Shown: positions 36,802 through 45,763 of the stretch, piece after piece | How positions within the stretch are numbered: position 1 is the stretch's first letter | How the letters are laid out: each line of letters starts with the position of its first letter | Origin: Nitrospirota bacterium | GTDB lineage: Bacteria > Nitrospirota > Thermodesulfovibrionia > Thermodesulfovibrionales > SM23-35 | Assembly (NCBI GenBank): GCA_040754395.1 | Contig: JBFMCL010000001.1 | Span: 39,634-103,633 of the forward strand | DNA length: 64,000 bases | Direction: 5' to 3' | Made by a program: the position numbers and the translations under genes | The notes under the pieces: model-generated | Seen by the model: only the letters and a program-made list of their open reading frames with translations | Database searches by the model: none | What the model was told of the DNA's origin: nothing

Positions 36802-37671
36802 ATGTCCATGTTTGAAAAAGAAGAGATAATTCCGCTTGAAGACGACGTCTTCAGGCTTTTGAGGGATTTTATCAGGGATTATTGCGGCATTTTTTTTGAT
36901 GACGACTCAAAGTATCTCCTTGAAAAAAGACTCTCAAGAAGGATCCGGCTTCTTCATTTCAGCAATTTCAGGGAATACTTCAGGTACCTGCTCTACCACA
37001 AGAAACGGGACGAGGAACTCTCGTCCATTATCGATATCCTTACCGTAAATGAAACATATTTCTTCAGGGAACAGAACCAGCTCAGGACATTCAGCGAAGA
37101 GATACTCCCGGAGCTTAAGGAAACCAACGATGACATCAGATCCGTCAGGATATGGTCTGCCGGGTGTTCGACAGGTGAGGAGCCGTATACCCTTGCAATG
37201 CTTATACTTGAGAAAAGGCGGTTCCAGGAATGGAAAGTTGAAATCTTCGGGAGCGATATCAACCAGAGGGTTCTCCAGGTGGCGAGAAGCGGCATATACA
37301 GGAAAAATTCCTTCAGGACAACAGAACCGTATTTCCTGACAAAATATTTCGAGGAAAAGGAAGGCGGATTCAGAATATCAGACAGCGTCAGGCAATATGT
37401 AAATTTCAGCCACCTCAATCTCCTCGACCCCTTTAAGGTCAGGCTGGTCGGCAAGGTTGATGTTATTTTCTGCAGAAACGTGTTAATCTATTTTGATTAC
37501 CCGTCAAGGAAAAAAGTCATCGACATGTTTTACGAAAGACTTTCGGGGGGGGGCTACTTGCTGCTGGGACATGCTGAATCACTGATTAACATATCGACCG
37601 CCTTCACCCTGAAACACTTTAAATACGATATGGTGTATCAAAAACCTCTGAGGAAAACCGCCCATGTCTAA
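36802..37671 (+). CDS. cheR: Chemotaxis protein methyltransferase CheR
   Basis: 289 aa with the SAM-binding IWSAGCSTGEEPYTLAM, CRNVLIYF and GGYLLLGHAE. Confidence 0.93.
   Translation: MSMFEKEEIIPLEDDVFRLLRDFIRDYCGIFFDDDSKYLLEKRLSRRIRLLHFSNFREYFRYLLYHKKRDEELSSIIDILTVNETYFFREQNQLRTFSEEILPELKETNDDIRSVRIWSAGCSTGEEPYTLAMLILEKRRFQEWKVEIFGSDINQRVLQVARSGIYRKNSFRTTEPYFLTKYFEEKEGGFRISDSVRQYVNFSHLNLLDPFKVRLVGKVDVIFCRNVLIYFDYPSRKKVIDMFYERLSGGGYLLLGHAESLINISTAFTLKHFKYDMVYQKPLRKTAHV
37545..37553. repeat. G9 homopolymer inside cheR
   Basis: tcg ggg ggg ggc encodes SGGG of the conserved LSGGGYLLLGH segment. Confidence 0.95.
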
Positions 37672-38716
37672 AATCAGGGTATTGGTCATTGATGACTCTG
37701 CATACAGCAGGCAGATGATCAAAAGAATGCTTGAGACAGACTCTCACATAGAAATTGCGGGAATCGCAACCGACGGGATTGATGCAATGGCCAAGACCGT
37801 CAGACTTTCACCTGACATCATTACCCTTGATTTAGAAATGCCCGAGATGGACGGGTTCAGCTTTCTCAGGTGGCTGATGAAGCACAGGCCGACACCGGTT
37901 ATCATTATCAGCTCCTATTCGGATTCAAAGACAGTTTTCAGGGCGCTCGAATTCGGTGCAGCGGATTTCATAGCCAAACCATCAAGGATTGCCGCGAGCG
38001 AAGCACAAAAGCTTGAGAGAGACCTCCTGAGAAAGGTAAAAGGATTAAAGGAGTTCCGCCTGGATAAGCTCAGCAGAAATCTTGAAATCCTTGAGGAGGA
38101 GCATAGCCGCCGCACAAGTTTCAGTACCTCTGACAACACCATAGAGGCGGTTGCCATCGGAGCATCCACCGGAGGGCCTGCTGCCCTGAAGATCATTCTG
38201 ACAAAACTTGACGCGGATTTTCCTGCAGGAATTGTAATAAGCCAGCATATGCCGAAAGGGTTCACCGCATCATTTGCAGAAAGGCTTAACATGATATCAA
38301 AGGTTCCGGTTAAGGAGGCAAGAGATGGCGACGAACTGGAACGGGGCAAGGCACTGATATGCCCGGGAGGATACCATATCTCCTTCTCAAAAAAAAGGGA
38401 AAGAATCACAGCATCGATCAGGGAACCCAAACTTGCTGACAAATATATCCCTTCTGTTGATATCATGATGACATCGGTTGCAGACATTTTCGGCTCTCAG
38501 ACTATGGGTGTCGTTCTCACCGGCATGGGCAGTGACGGAAAAAACGGCATGCTGGAAATCAAGAAGAGGGGTGGCTATACTATCGCAGAAGCCGAAGATA
38601 CTGCGGTTGTATTCGGCATGCCCGCAGAAGTGATAAAGGCAGGAGCAGCAGAGAAGGTACTGCCCATCTCCCAGATACCCGGCGAGATGATGAAGGTAAT
38701 CAGGAAAACAAAGTAG
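37664..38716 (+). CDS. cheB: Chemotaxis response regulator protein-glutamate methylesterase CheB
   Basis: 350 aa. REC domain (ITLDLEMPEMDG) plus a methylesterase domain (GASTGGPAAL, SQHMPKGFT, GMGSDG). Overlaps cheR by 8 nt. Confidence 0.93.
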   Translation: MSKIRVLVIDDSAYSRQMIKRMLETDSHIEIAGIATDGIDAMAKTVRLSPDIITLDLEMPEMDGFSFLRWLMKHRPTPVIIISSYSDSKTVFRALEFGAADFIAKPSRIAASEAQKLERDLLRKVKGLKEFRLDKLSRNLEILEEEHSRRTSFSTSDNTIEAVAIGASTGGPAALKIILTKLDADFPAGIVISQHMPKGFTASFAERLNMISKVPVKEARDGDELERGKALICPGGYHISFSKKRERITASIREPKLADKYIPSVDIMMTSVADIFGSQTMGVVLTGMGSDGKNGMLEIKKRGGYTIAEAEDTAVVFGMPAEVIKAGAAEKVLPISQIPGEMMKVIRKTK

Positions 38717-38742
38717 CCATATACACAGGGTGTGGAGGACTG

Positions 38743-39567
38743 ATGGAAAAGGATTCCGGCATATCGAAAAAGGCAGATGAGTTTCTCCAGATTTTCAAGA
38801 GGGGTGAGGAATTCACAAAAGACCTGATCAAGGAGAATGAGAGGCTCAGGTTCAGGATCGCACAACTCGAAGAGTCGGTTGAAAAATCAGGGAGCGAAGA
38901 GCGGACCAGGCTCTACGAGGACCGTATAAAGATGCTTGAAGATGAAATCAACTCCCTTATGGAAAGATACCGGAAAACGGAAGAAGAGAACAAGGATTTC
39001 GCATCAAAATATGTTGAGGTTGAGGCAGAAAACAACATGCTGGCAAACCTCTATGTTGCAAGCTATCAGCTTCATTCGACCCTGGACTTCAATGAAGTGC
39101 TCAGGATCGTTATCGAGATTATCATCAACCTTATCGGCGCCGAGAAATTCGCCATATTCCTCATGGATGAAAAGACGAATGAACTCCTTCCAGCGGCGGC
39201 TGAAGGACTGTCTCTGCAAGATATCTCCAAGGTTAAAACAGGCGAAGGCATCATCGGGAAAGTCGCAAAAGAGGGAGAGAGCTATTTCCTGGAGGATATC
39301 ACGAACGCAGCTTCAGAGATCTCTCTCTCGCAACCTGCGGTATGCATCCCTCTGAAGATTAAGGAGCACGTGATCGGCGTTATTTCGATTTATTCCCTGC
39401 TGATCCAGAAAAATGCCTTCTCGAATATCGATTATGAGCTTTTCAATCTGCTTGCAGGGCATGCGGCCACAGCAATCTTTTCATCCCGCCTGTATACACA
39501 GTCCGAAAGAAAGCTCACGACCATTCAGAGTTTTCTTGACCTGCTGAAAGAAAAACCGAAAAGGTAG
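38743..39567 (+). CDS. Coiled-coil + GAF domain protein
   Basis: 274 aa. The N-terminal 100 aa or so are heptad-rich (ENERLRFRIAQLEESVEK...IKMLEDEINSLMERYRKTEEENKD). The C-terminal GAF-like domain has FAIFLMDEKTNELLPAAAEGL...GEGIIGKVAKEG. Confidence 0.75.
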   Translation: MEKDSGISKKADEFLQIFKRGEEFTKDLIKENERLRFRIAQLEESVEKSGSEERTRLYEDRIKMLEDEINSLMERYRKTEEENKDFASKYVEVEAENNMLANLYVASYQLHSTLDFNEVLRIVIEIIINLIGAEKFAIFLMDEKTNELLPAAAEGLSLQDISKVKTGEGIIGKVAKEGESYFLEDITNAASEISLSQPAVCIPLKIKEHVIGVISIYSLLIQKNAFSNIDYELFNLLAGHAATAIFSSRLYTQSERKLTTIQSFLDLLKEKPKR

Positions 39568-39590
39568 AATGAGCATGAAGGAGGTTATCA

Positions 39591-39956
39591 ATGCCGAATA
39601 TCCTTGTTGTTGAAGATTCTCCGACCATGAGACAGCTTATCAGTTTCGCCATGAAGAGGATTCCTGAATCGAGGATTATTGAGGCAACCGACGGGGTTGA
39701 TGCTCTGAAGAAGCTCGCCTCCGAAAAAGTAGATATTATCCTCGCTGACATCAATATGCCGATCATGGACGGACTGAAACTGGTGAGCCTCGTGAGAGGG
39801 AATCCTTCCTACAAGACTATTCCCATCATAATGATCACCACTGAAGGAGCGGAAGAGGACAAAAACAAGGCGCTTGCAATCGGTGCGAATGCGTATCTGA
39901 CAAAACCTATACAGACACAGGAACTGATGAAACTCGTAAACAGCTTTCTCTCTTAG
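39591..39956 (+). CDS. cheY: CheY-like single-domain response regulator
   Basis: 121 aa with VEDS, ILADINMPIMDGL and YLTKPI. Confidence 0.9.
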   Translation: MPNILVVEDSPTMRQLISFAMKRIPESRIIEATDGVDALKKLASEKVDIILADINMPIMDGLKLVSLVRGNPSYKTIPIIMITTEGAEEDKNKALAIGANAYLTKPIQTQELMKLVNSFLS

Positions 39957-39957
39957 A

Positions 39958-40536
39958 TCAGGTCTGGCACCGCGGACAAAAAAATCTTCCGGTAAACCAT
40001 GGAGTTTCATGCGAAAAATCAGGGATTAGTTCGAGGAGAAGAGGCCCTTCGCATTTCCGGCATTTCTGTCCGTGCAGGTTGAAATCTGCGGTAAGTTTTG
40101 GTGCATCGTGTTCGTGTTCCTTGATTTCCACAAGATAACGCGTTATCTCCTGCTGCGATTTGGGCTTCTGGCTCAGCACCTTGCGGATCTGTTCAATGAC
40201 CTCAACCGGACGTGTGGTTGCTTTCACAAAATAGCCGACTGCTCCCAGGTTTAAAGCTTTTTCCACTTCCTCCGGCTGTCCCCGTGCGGAAAACACCAGT
40301 ACCGGTATATGTGAGAGTTTGGGATCTGTCTTGAGAACCTGCAGTACTTTGTACCCATCCATGACCGGCATCATAAGATCCAGAAGGATGATATCAGGCA
40401 TATCCTGAGCGAGCAGCTTGATCGCCTCCATTCCGTTGTCTGCGGTAAGCACTACAAACTGCTCCAGTGTCAGTTTTGACCGGTACATCTGCTGGATGAC
40501 TTTTGAATCCTCAACAAGCAGAATCTTGTTTCTCAT
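39958..40536 (-). CDS. Response regulator receiver domain protein with C-terminal CxxC...CxxC zinc ribbon
   Basis: 192 aa. REC domain (LLVEDS, ILLDLMMPVMDG, YFVKA). The C-terminus reads GQKCRKCEGPLLLE...FFCPRCQT. It converges on cheY with a 1-nt gap. Confidence 0.8.
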   Translation of the reverse strand: MRNKILLVEDSKVIQQMYRSKLTLEQFVVLTADNGMEAIKLLAQDMPDIILLDLMMPVMDGYKVLQVLKTDPKLSHIPVLVFSARGQPEEVEKALNLGAVGYFVKATTRPVEVIEQIRKVLSQKPKSQQEITRYLVEIKEHEHDAPKLTADFNLHGQKCRKCEGPLLLELIPDFSHETPWFTGRFFCPRCQT

Positions 40537-40678
40537 ATGCTAAAATTGTATAGGTGATTTGCGCGTGTGTCAACACATAATTGCGTTCTTTTCGCATTCA
40601 GCAGATTTTTTTTCGCAGACCTGACCAGAATATCTGAAAATAACCGAATTACTGCACGGAAAGGACTGCCAGCGTTTC

Positions 40679-41596
40679 TTATTCCTTTCCCAGTAAAACC
40701 TCTATTTTCCCCTTCGATCTGAGATCTGTAATCCATTTTTCCTTGAGCTCACGAGCGCGTTCTGTCTGCAGCTCCTGTTTGAGTTTATCCCTGACTTCGT
40801 CAAAAGACAGTTGCGTTGCTGGCTTCTTGTCCTCCAACCGTACCACATACCACATATTCCCTGCCAAAAAGGCGTCGCTCACGTCTCCCACCTTGAGCCT
40901 GAACGCAACTTCTTCAATTTCAGGAAGCATTCTCCCTTTGTGCATATATCCGATATCTCCGGATTTTACACGGTAGTCATCTTCCGACATGGTATATGCA
41001 AGGGTTCCGAAATCCTCACCGTTCTTGATTTTGGCGAGAATGTCCTTGACCTTTGTTTCCTGCTTTGTCGAGATAAGCCTCAACTTGACACTCTCAGGAA
41101 TTTTGAATCGAGAAGTATTCTTCTCATAATAGTCTCTGAGCTGTGCTTCACTGATCTCTGCCGCATCAGTCACCTTTTTTGCAAACAGTTCCTGAACCAG
41201 CATTTCTTTCCCGATCTGGGTACGAATTGTGTCCTCGGTTATTCCTTCTCTCTCCAGAGCAGCCTTGTATTCCTCGGGAGACTTAAACCGATTCCTGATC
41301 CTTTCCATTTGGGAGTCAACTTTCTCCTTGTCAGGTTTCATGCCGTTTGCGAGGGCATCCTGATACTGAAGCTCCCGGTTGATAAGTTCCTCAAGCGCCC
41401 TGTCGTAGTACATGCTCCGCTTTTCAGGAGATACACTTCGATGGAAAGTAATCCTGGGTATCAGCCGGTCTACTTCAGCCTCAAGGTCTTTTTTTGTGAG
41501 GACGGTGCCGTTGACCTTCGCAACGATAGTCTCCCCGGCATACGATGATACAGCATACAGCAGAATCAACATCAGCGACAATAGCAGTCTGAACAT
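40679..41596 (-). CDS. Periplasmic peptidyl-prolyl isomerase (SurA/PrsA-like parvulin)
   Basis: 305 aa with a signal peptide (MFRLLLSLMLILLYAVSSYA), a SurA-N-like helical region, and a parvulin core GDIGYMHKGRMLPEIEEVAFRLKVGDVS. Confidence 0.8.
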   Translation of the reverse strand: MFRLLLSLMLILLYAVSSYAGETIVAKVNGTVLTKKDLEAEVDRLIPRITFHRSVSPEKRSMYYDRALEELINRELQYQDALANGMKPDKEKVDSQMERIRNRFKSPEEYKAALEREGITEDTIRTQIGKEMLVQELFAKKVTDAAEISEAQLRDYYEKNTSRFKIPESVKLRLISTKQETKVKDILAKIKNGEDFGTLAYTMSEDDYRVKSGDIGYMHKGRMLPEIEEVAFRLKVGDVSDAFLAGNMWYVVRLEDKKPATQLSFDEVRDKLKQELQTERARELKEKWITDLRSKGKIEVLLGKE

Positions 41597-41703
41597 GAAA
41601 ACTCCTTTTTTTATTTATAATGCAAGATAGGTTTATGAATATGCAAGCGGAAATCCCGGTATCTGGACTCCTTTTGCCTTGCAGCATGCAGACACGACAA
41701 ATG

Positions 41704-43962
41704 TTAGTTCCTGACAGGTTCCCTGAAGACTTTTCCTTTCTTGAGAATCTCCTCAAATGAAGCGGCAGGCATCGGCAGACCGAGCAGAAATCCCTGGATT
41801 CCGTCACTCCCTCTGTCCTTTACGAAAGCCAATTGTTGCTCTGTCTCAATCCCTTCAGCAATAACCTTCAGATTCAGATTGTGAGCAACGGCGATTATGG
41901 CACTCACGATCGAACGTTCATCAGCATTCGCAAAAAGATCCCTTATAAAAGACCTGTCGATTTTCAATTTGTCTATCGGAAAGCGTTTCAGATTGCTGAG
42001 GGAAGAGTACCCCGTGCCGAAATCATCTATGGCAATCTGCACCCCGAGGGCTTTCAAGTGCTGCAATGTCGCAAAGATGTTTTCCGTGGGTTTCATGACG
42101 ATGCTCTCTGAAATCTCCAGTTCCAGATACCGGGGATCAAGCCCTGTATCGCTGAGGGCATCCCGGACCGTCTCCACAAAGTTGCTCTGCCTGAACTGCA
42201 CATTTGATATGTTTACAGTTATTGTTACAGGTGCAAATCCGGCTGATTGCCATGTCACGTTCTGCGCACATGCGGTCTGCAGGATCCATTTGCCGATCGG
42301 TATAATAAGTCCTGTATCTTCAGCCAAAGGGATAAAATATTTGGGCAGGAGCATGCCCTTTTCCGAATGAATCCAGCGTATTAATGCCTCAGCGCCGATA
42401 ATTTGTCTGTTGTTTGTATCGAATTGCGGTTGATAAAACAGTTCGAATTCGTTTCGGTCCATTGCCTTTCTGAGGCTGTTTTCCAGGGCAAGCCGCTCTG
42501 CAGTCGTGATATTGAGAGATTCCCTGTAAAACTGATAATTGTTCCTTCCCTGACTTTTTGCATCATACATTGCGGTATCGGCATTCTTCAGTAAGGCGTC
42601 AACAGTATCTCCGTCATGCGGGTAAACTGATATGCCGACGCTGGTGGTGATGAACACCTCATGGCCTTTTATGGTAAAAGAATCCTTGAATAAATCGATT
42701 AAGCGCTGCGATACTTTTGCGGCGTCATTTATGTTGGTGATTTCCGTAAGCAATATGGTAAATTCATCTCCGCCGAGCCGTGCTACGGTAGTTTCAGGAA
42801 ACTCTGTTCCCGGACGGCCGACAGAATCGCTCCTGCGAAGGTATCTGACCAGCCGTCCCGAAACCTTTTGAAGGAGTATATCGCCGAAATCGTGGCCGAG
42901 GGTATCATTGATAAGCTTGAAGTTGTCAAGATCGAGAAACAGCACGGCAACCAGCCTCTTGTAATGCCGTGCAGATTCCAGCGCCTGCCTCAGGCGGTCT
43001 TTCAGCAAATGACGGTTCGGCAGGTCAGTCAGCGTGTCATGATACGCCATATACACAATCTGCTCCACTGCACGCTTGCGGTCCGTGATGTCCCTTACAA
43101 TCTCCTGGATAACTGTTTTCCCTCCCACCTCGAACAGACTCGCAGAAACTTCGGCAGAAAACAGGTCCCCGTTTTTCTTTTTGAAATCAATTTCGAAATT
43201 TACGAAACCCTCTGACGACAGCTTCCGAAACGCCGCCTCAAATACGCCCTGTGCGTCTTCCGGGTGGAGTTTGGATATCTTGAGTGCCATGATCTCGGCC
43301 CTGGCATATTCAAACTGTTCCAATACCCTCTGATTGATATCTATGATATTGCCATCCAAGTCGTACAGAAAGATTGCGTCATTGGAATGCTTGAAGAGAC
43401 TGCTGTATTTTGCTTCGCTTTCCCGCATCGCTTCTTCAGTAAGTTTGCGTTCGGTGATATTTCGTATTATCACCATATTCTGGCCTTCCAGCAACGGGAT
43501 TAACCTCGCCTCATAAGAATACTCCCCGTCTGCGCTTTCCGCACTGTATTCAATAACCGTCATAGTTTTTTCTGTCCGTATCTTTTCGACTGCTTCCTGA
43601 AACATGGTATTTACCTTGCGGGAAAATATCTCTTGTATACGTTTTCCCACAAGGTCACGGGTTTCTGCGAATATCTCTGTCCTGCTCCCGGTCTTGTATT
43701 CAAGGATCGTTCCGCCTGAATCCGTCCTCAGAAGAACATCGGGAAAAGCCTGAAGAAGAACCCTCATCGCAGAGTTCGCCTGCATCAGCTCCTTGGAACT
43801 CAGATCCAGAGAGTGTTCGATCATACCCCTGTCAGCATCAAACTGGATGTACGCATCGTTTACTGCGCTGACAAACTGCTCCCATTCCGCAGGAACTGTA
43901 AACAGATCGCCGAAATACCGCCTTAACTGGCGCCTGAGAAGATTGTGGATCTGATCTTTCAT
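41704..43962 (-). CDS. PAS-PAS-GGDEF-EAL c-di-GMP turnover protein
   Basis: 752 aa with two PAS segments, an intact GGDEF (RLGGDEFTILL), and EAL motifs (GAEALIRW, DDFGTGYSSL, KIDRSF). Confidence 0.9.
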   Translation of the reverse strand: MKDQIHNLLRRQLRRYFGDLFTVPAEWEQFVSAVNDAYIQFDADRGMIEHSLDLSSKELMQANSAMRVLLQAFPDVLLRTDSGGTILEYKTGSRTEIFAETRDLVGKRIQEIFSRKVNTMFQEAVEKIRTEKTMTVIEYSAESADGEYSYEARLIPLLEGQNMVIIRNITERKLTEEAMRESEAKYSSLFKHSNDAIFLYDLDGNIIDINQRVLEQFEYARAEIMALKISKLHPEDAQGVFEAAFRKLSSEGFVNFEIDFKKKNGDLFSAEVSASLFEVGGKTVIQEIVRDITDRKRAVEQIVYMAYHDTLTDLPNRHLLKDRLRQALESARHYKRLVAVLFLDLDNFKLINDTLGHDFGDILLQKVSGRLVRYLRRSDSVGRPGTEFPETTVARLGGDEFTILLTEITNINDAAKVSQRLIDLFKDSFTIKGHEVFITTSVGISVYPHDGDTVDALLKNADTAMYDAKSQGRNNYQFYRESLNITTAERLALENSLRKAMDRNEFELFYQPQFDTNNRQIIGAEALIRWIHSEKGMLLPKYFIPLAEDTGLIIPIGKWILQTACAQNVTWQSAGFAPVTITVNISNVQFRQSNFVETVRDALSDTGLDPRYLELEISESIVMKPTENIFATLQHLKALGVQIAIDDFGTGYSSLSNLKRFPIDKLKIDRSFIRDLFANADERSIVSAIIAVAHNLNLKVIAEGIETEQQLAFVKDRGSDGIQGFLLGLPMPAASFEEILKKGKVFREPVRN

Positions 43963-45101
43963 CGTTTTTCTGCGTAAACAGTGACTGTCATGGTCTGGTT
44001 ATGCAGCTCGCACCTGGTACGCCGGACAAAAGGGCTGATTTCTCCATACGAATAAAAACCGGCTATGACAGTCTGATTTCCGAGTATATCACGCACCCCC
44101 TCCACCTCTTCCTCTGTTCTCTGCTTGAGCACCATCCTCCGTCCCACGCAGCTGACCAGTACAGCTAGTTCAGGATAGTGTGAGCCGATCGCCTCGTAAC
44201 CCAATTTTGCAGCACCTACAGCACCGTCGATAAGACGGTCGACATTGGCTTTCATGAGACGGGCATATGTTCCTTCCGGCATATCCCCGGCAAATGTCAT
44301 GCTCTGCTCATCTTCATTGATTGCGAGTATTGTGCGGACCAGTCCGGTTGTGTTTTCCTTTGTCCGCAGACTGAGGGGGAAGAGCAAGCCTGTTGCAGGA
44401 AGCCCTCTGGCATGCTCACCGAGGTATTTTTTGTATAATTCAAGCGCGGAATATCCGTCCAGCTCATACAGCACATTTCCTTTCGATGCGGTGATCATGC
44501 GTTCAGGACCGAACGGGGCCCAGCCTCCGACAGAACCGTATCCCACCTGCAGACGGTCCCCATAAAAACCAATAGCTGCAATCGTGTTCTTTTCAGGATC
44601 GCTGTTCCAGAACACCCTGGTTTCCTGAAAACGTTCCCCATCACCTGCAAGTCCTCCGGTCACAGCAACCCCATTGGGCAGATCATCAGACAACCCGTTG
44701 ACCAGTTCACTGCCATTCACACGAATTCCATCGGACAGGACAAATATATGCACAAGCCCTTCCTTCTCAAAAGACCGCGCGAGAAGCCTGCCTGCCTGAT
44801 AACTGTCTACCGACTTGCTCAGCTTCACCTGTGCACCATGAACCTTTGTATGTTCGAAGCTGACAGCAGTAGCAACCAGAGAATCATCCTCGACCAGTGT
44901 CGAATAAATTTCCCCTGCAGTTGAACATCCGAAAAACTGTGCCTCAGGGTATGCCTTTTTAAGATCATCAGCATAAGTCTTCTTCATCAGCTGGCGGGTG
45001 GAAGCGAAAATCAGGACCAAATCTACTCTATTATCCGGAATCTGCGGCAACGGGGAATGCCATCCTCTATCGGGCATCAATCTGCTCTGGCTAATCTTCA
45101 T
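43959..45101 (-). CDS. FIST (N+C) sensory domain protein
   Basis: 380 aa with FFGCSTAGEI (FIST_N) and GFYSYGEISP (FIST_C) hallmarks. Its stop overlaps the downstream GGDEF-EAL start by 4 nt. Confidence 0.8.
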   Translation of the reverse strand: MKISQSRLMPDRGWHSPLPQIPDNRVDLVLIFASTRQLMKKTYADDLKKAYPEAQFFGCSTAGEIYSTLVEDDSLVATAVSFEHTKVHGAQVKLSKSVDSYQAGRLLARSFEKEGLVHIFVLSDGIRVNGSELVNGLSDDLPNGVAVTGGLAGDGERFQETRVFWNSDPEKNTIAAIGFYGDRLQVGYGSVGGWAPFGPERMITASKGNVLYELDGYSALELYKKYLGEHARGLPATGLLFPLSLRTKENTTGLVRTILAINEDEQSMTFAGDMPEGTYARLMKANVDRLIDGAVGAAKLGYEAIGSHYPELAVLVSCVGRRMVLKQRTEEEVEGVRDILGNQTVIAGFYSYGEISPFVRRTRCELHNQTMTVTVYAEKR

Positions 45102-45294
45102 ATTGTCTGATTTGTATATAACCTTTCAGAATCATATGGAGATATCTCTTCAGATTCATCTCCTTCCAAAATGTAGCAGAAAAAATTCACTTTGCAAATG
45201 CCTGATCCTGTTGCATATGTACGCGAAAAAGCAAAAAACCCTTATGATACATATTGTCCCTACTACTCTGATGGAATCTCACGGAATAGTCAAT

Positions 45295-45308
45295 CCTACC
45301 ATGGTAGG
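45295..45308. repeat. Perfect 14-bp palindrome CCTACCATGGTAGG
   Basis: Read directly from the sequence. It lies about 195 nt upstream of the FIST start, inside the long non-coding island. Confidence 0.9.
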
Positions 45309-45350
45309 GAAACACATTCGTCATCCCTGTAACTGATTGTTTTTTCTGTT

Positions 45351-45403
45351 CAATACGCTAAAATTACATAGAGAAATTTTCTTGTTTTTTGTACAGCGTA
45401 TTG
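45351..45403. repeat. 9-bp inverted repeat CAATACGCT ... AGCGTATTG with a 35-nt AT-rich spacer
   Basis: 45351-45359 versus 45395-45403, read directly from the sequence. Confidence 0.85.
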
Positions 45404-45763
45404 TTCGTTCTTAAAATCATTAAGATAGCTAATGATTAAATATGGGAATCTCATGTATACACGATATCTGCTACACAAAAAAGAAATACGAAGTAAATAG
45501 CAATAATAATAAGAAAAATGAGCATGGAGACTAAAAAGCAGGCTTTTTTCCCCTTGCAATAATACAGAAAAAGAGTATTATAGGAATTAAGAAAAGGAAT
45601 TGCGAGACCCAGGACGGGTGTAAACCTGAGGATCAAGCAGTTGAATTAGGGAGCAGGAGTCAGTTACGGTGTGCAAGCCTCCAGCAGCGAGGAGGAAGCC
45701 TGAAGTACCTGACAAAGCACCCACTTAAACAAAGAGCTCATGGTTTCCCGGATCTGGGATCGC

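Noticed and set aside
40811-41548. 245-aa plus-strand ORF.
   Set aside because: It is antisense to the SurA-like PPIase, which has a signal peptide and a parvulin core. There are no motifs or RBS, so it is a shadow ORF.
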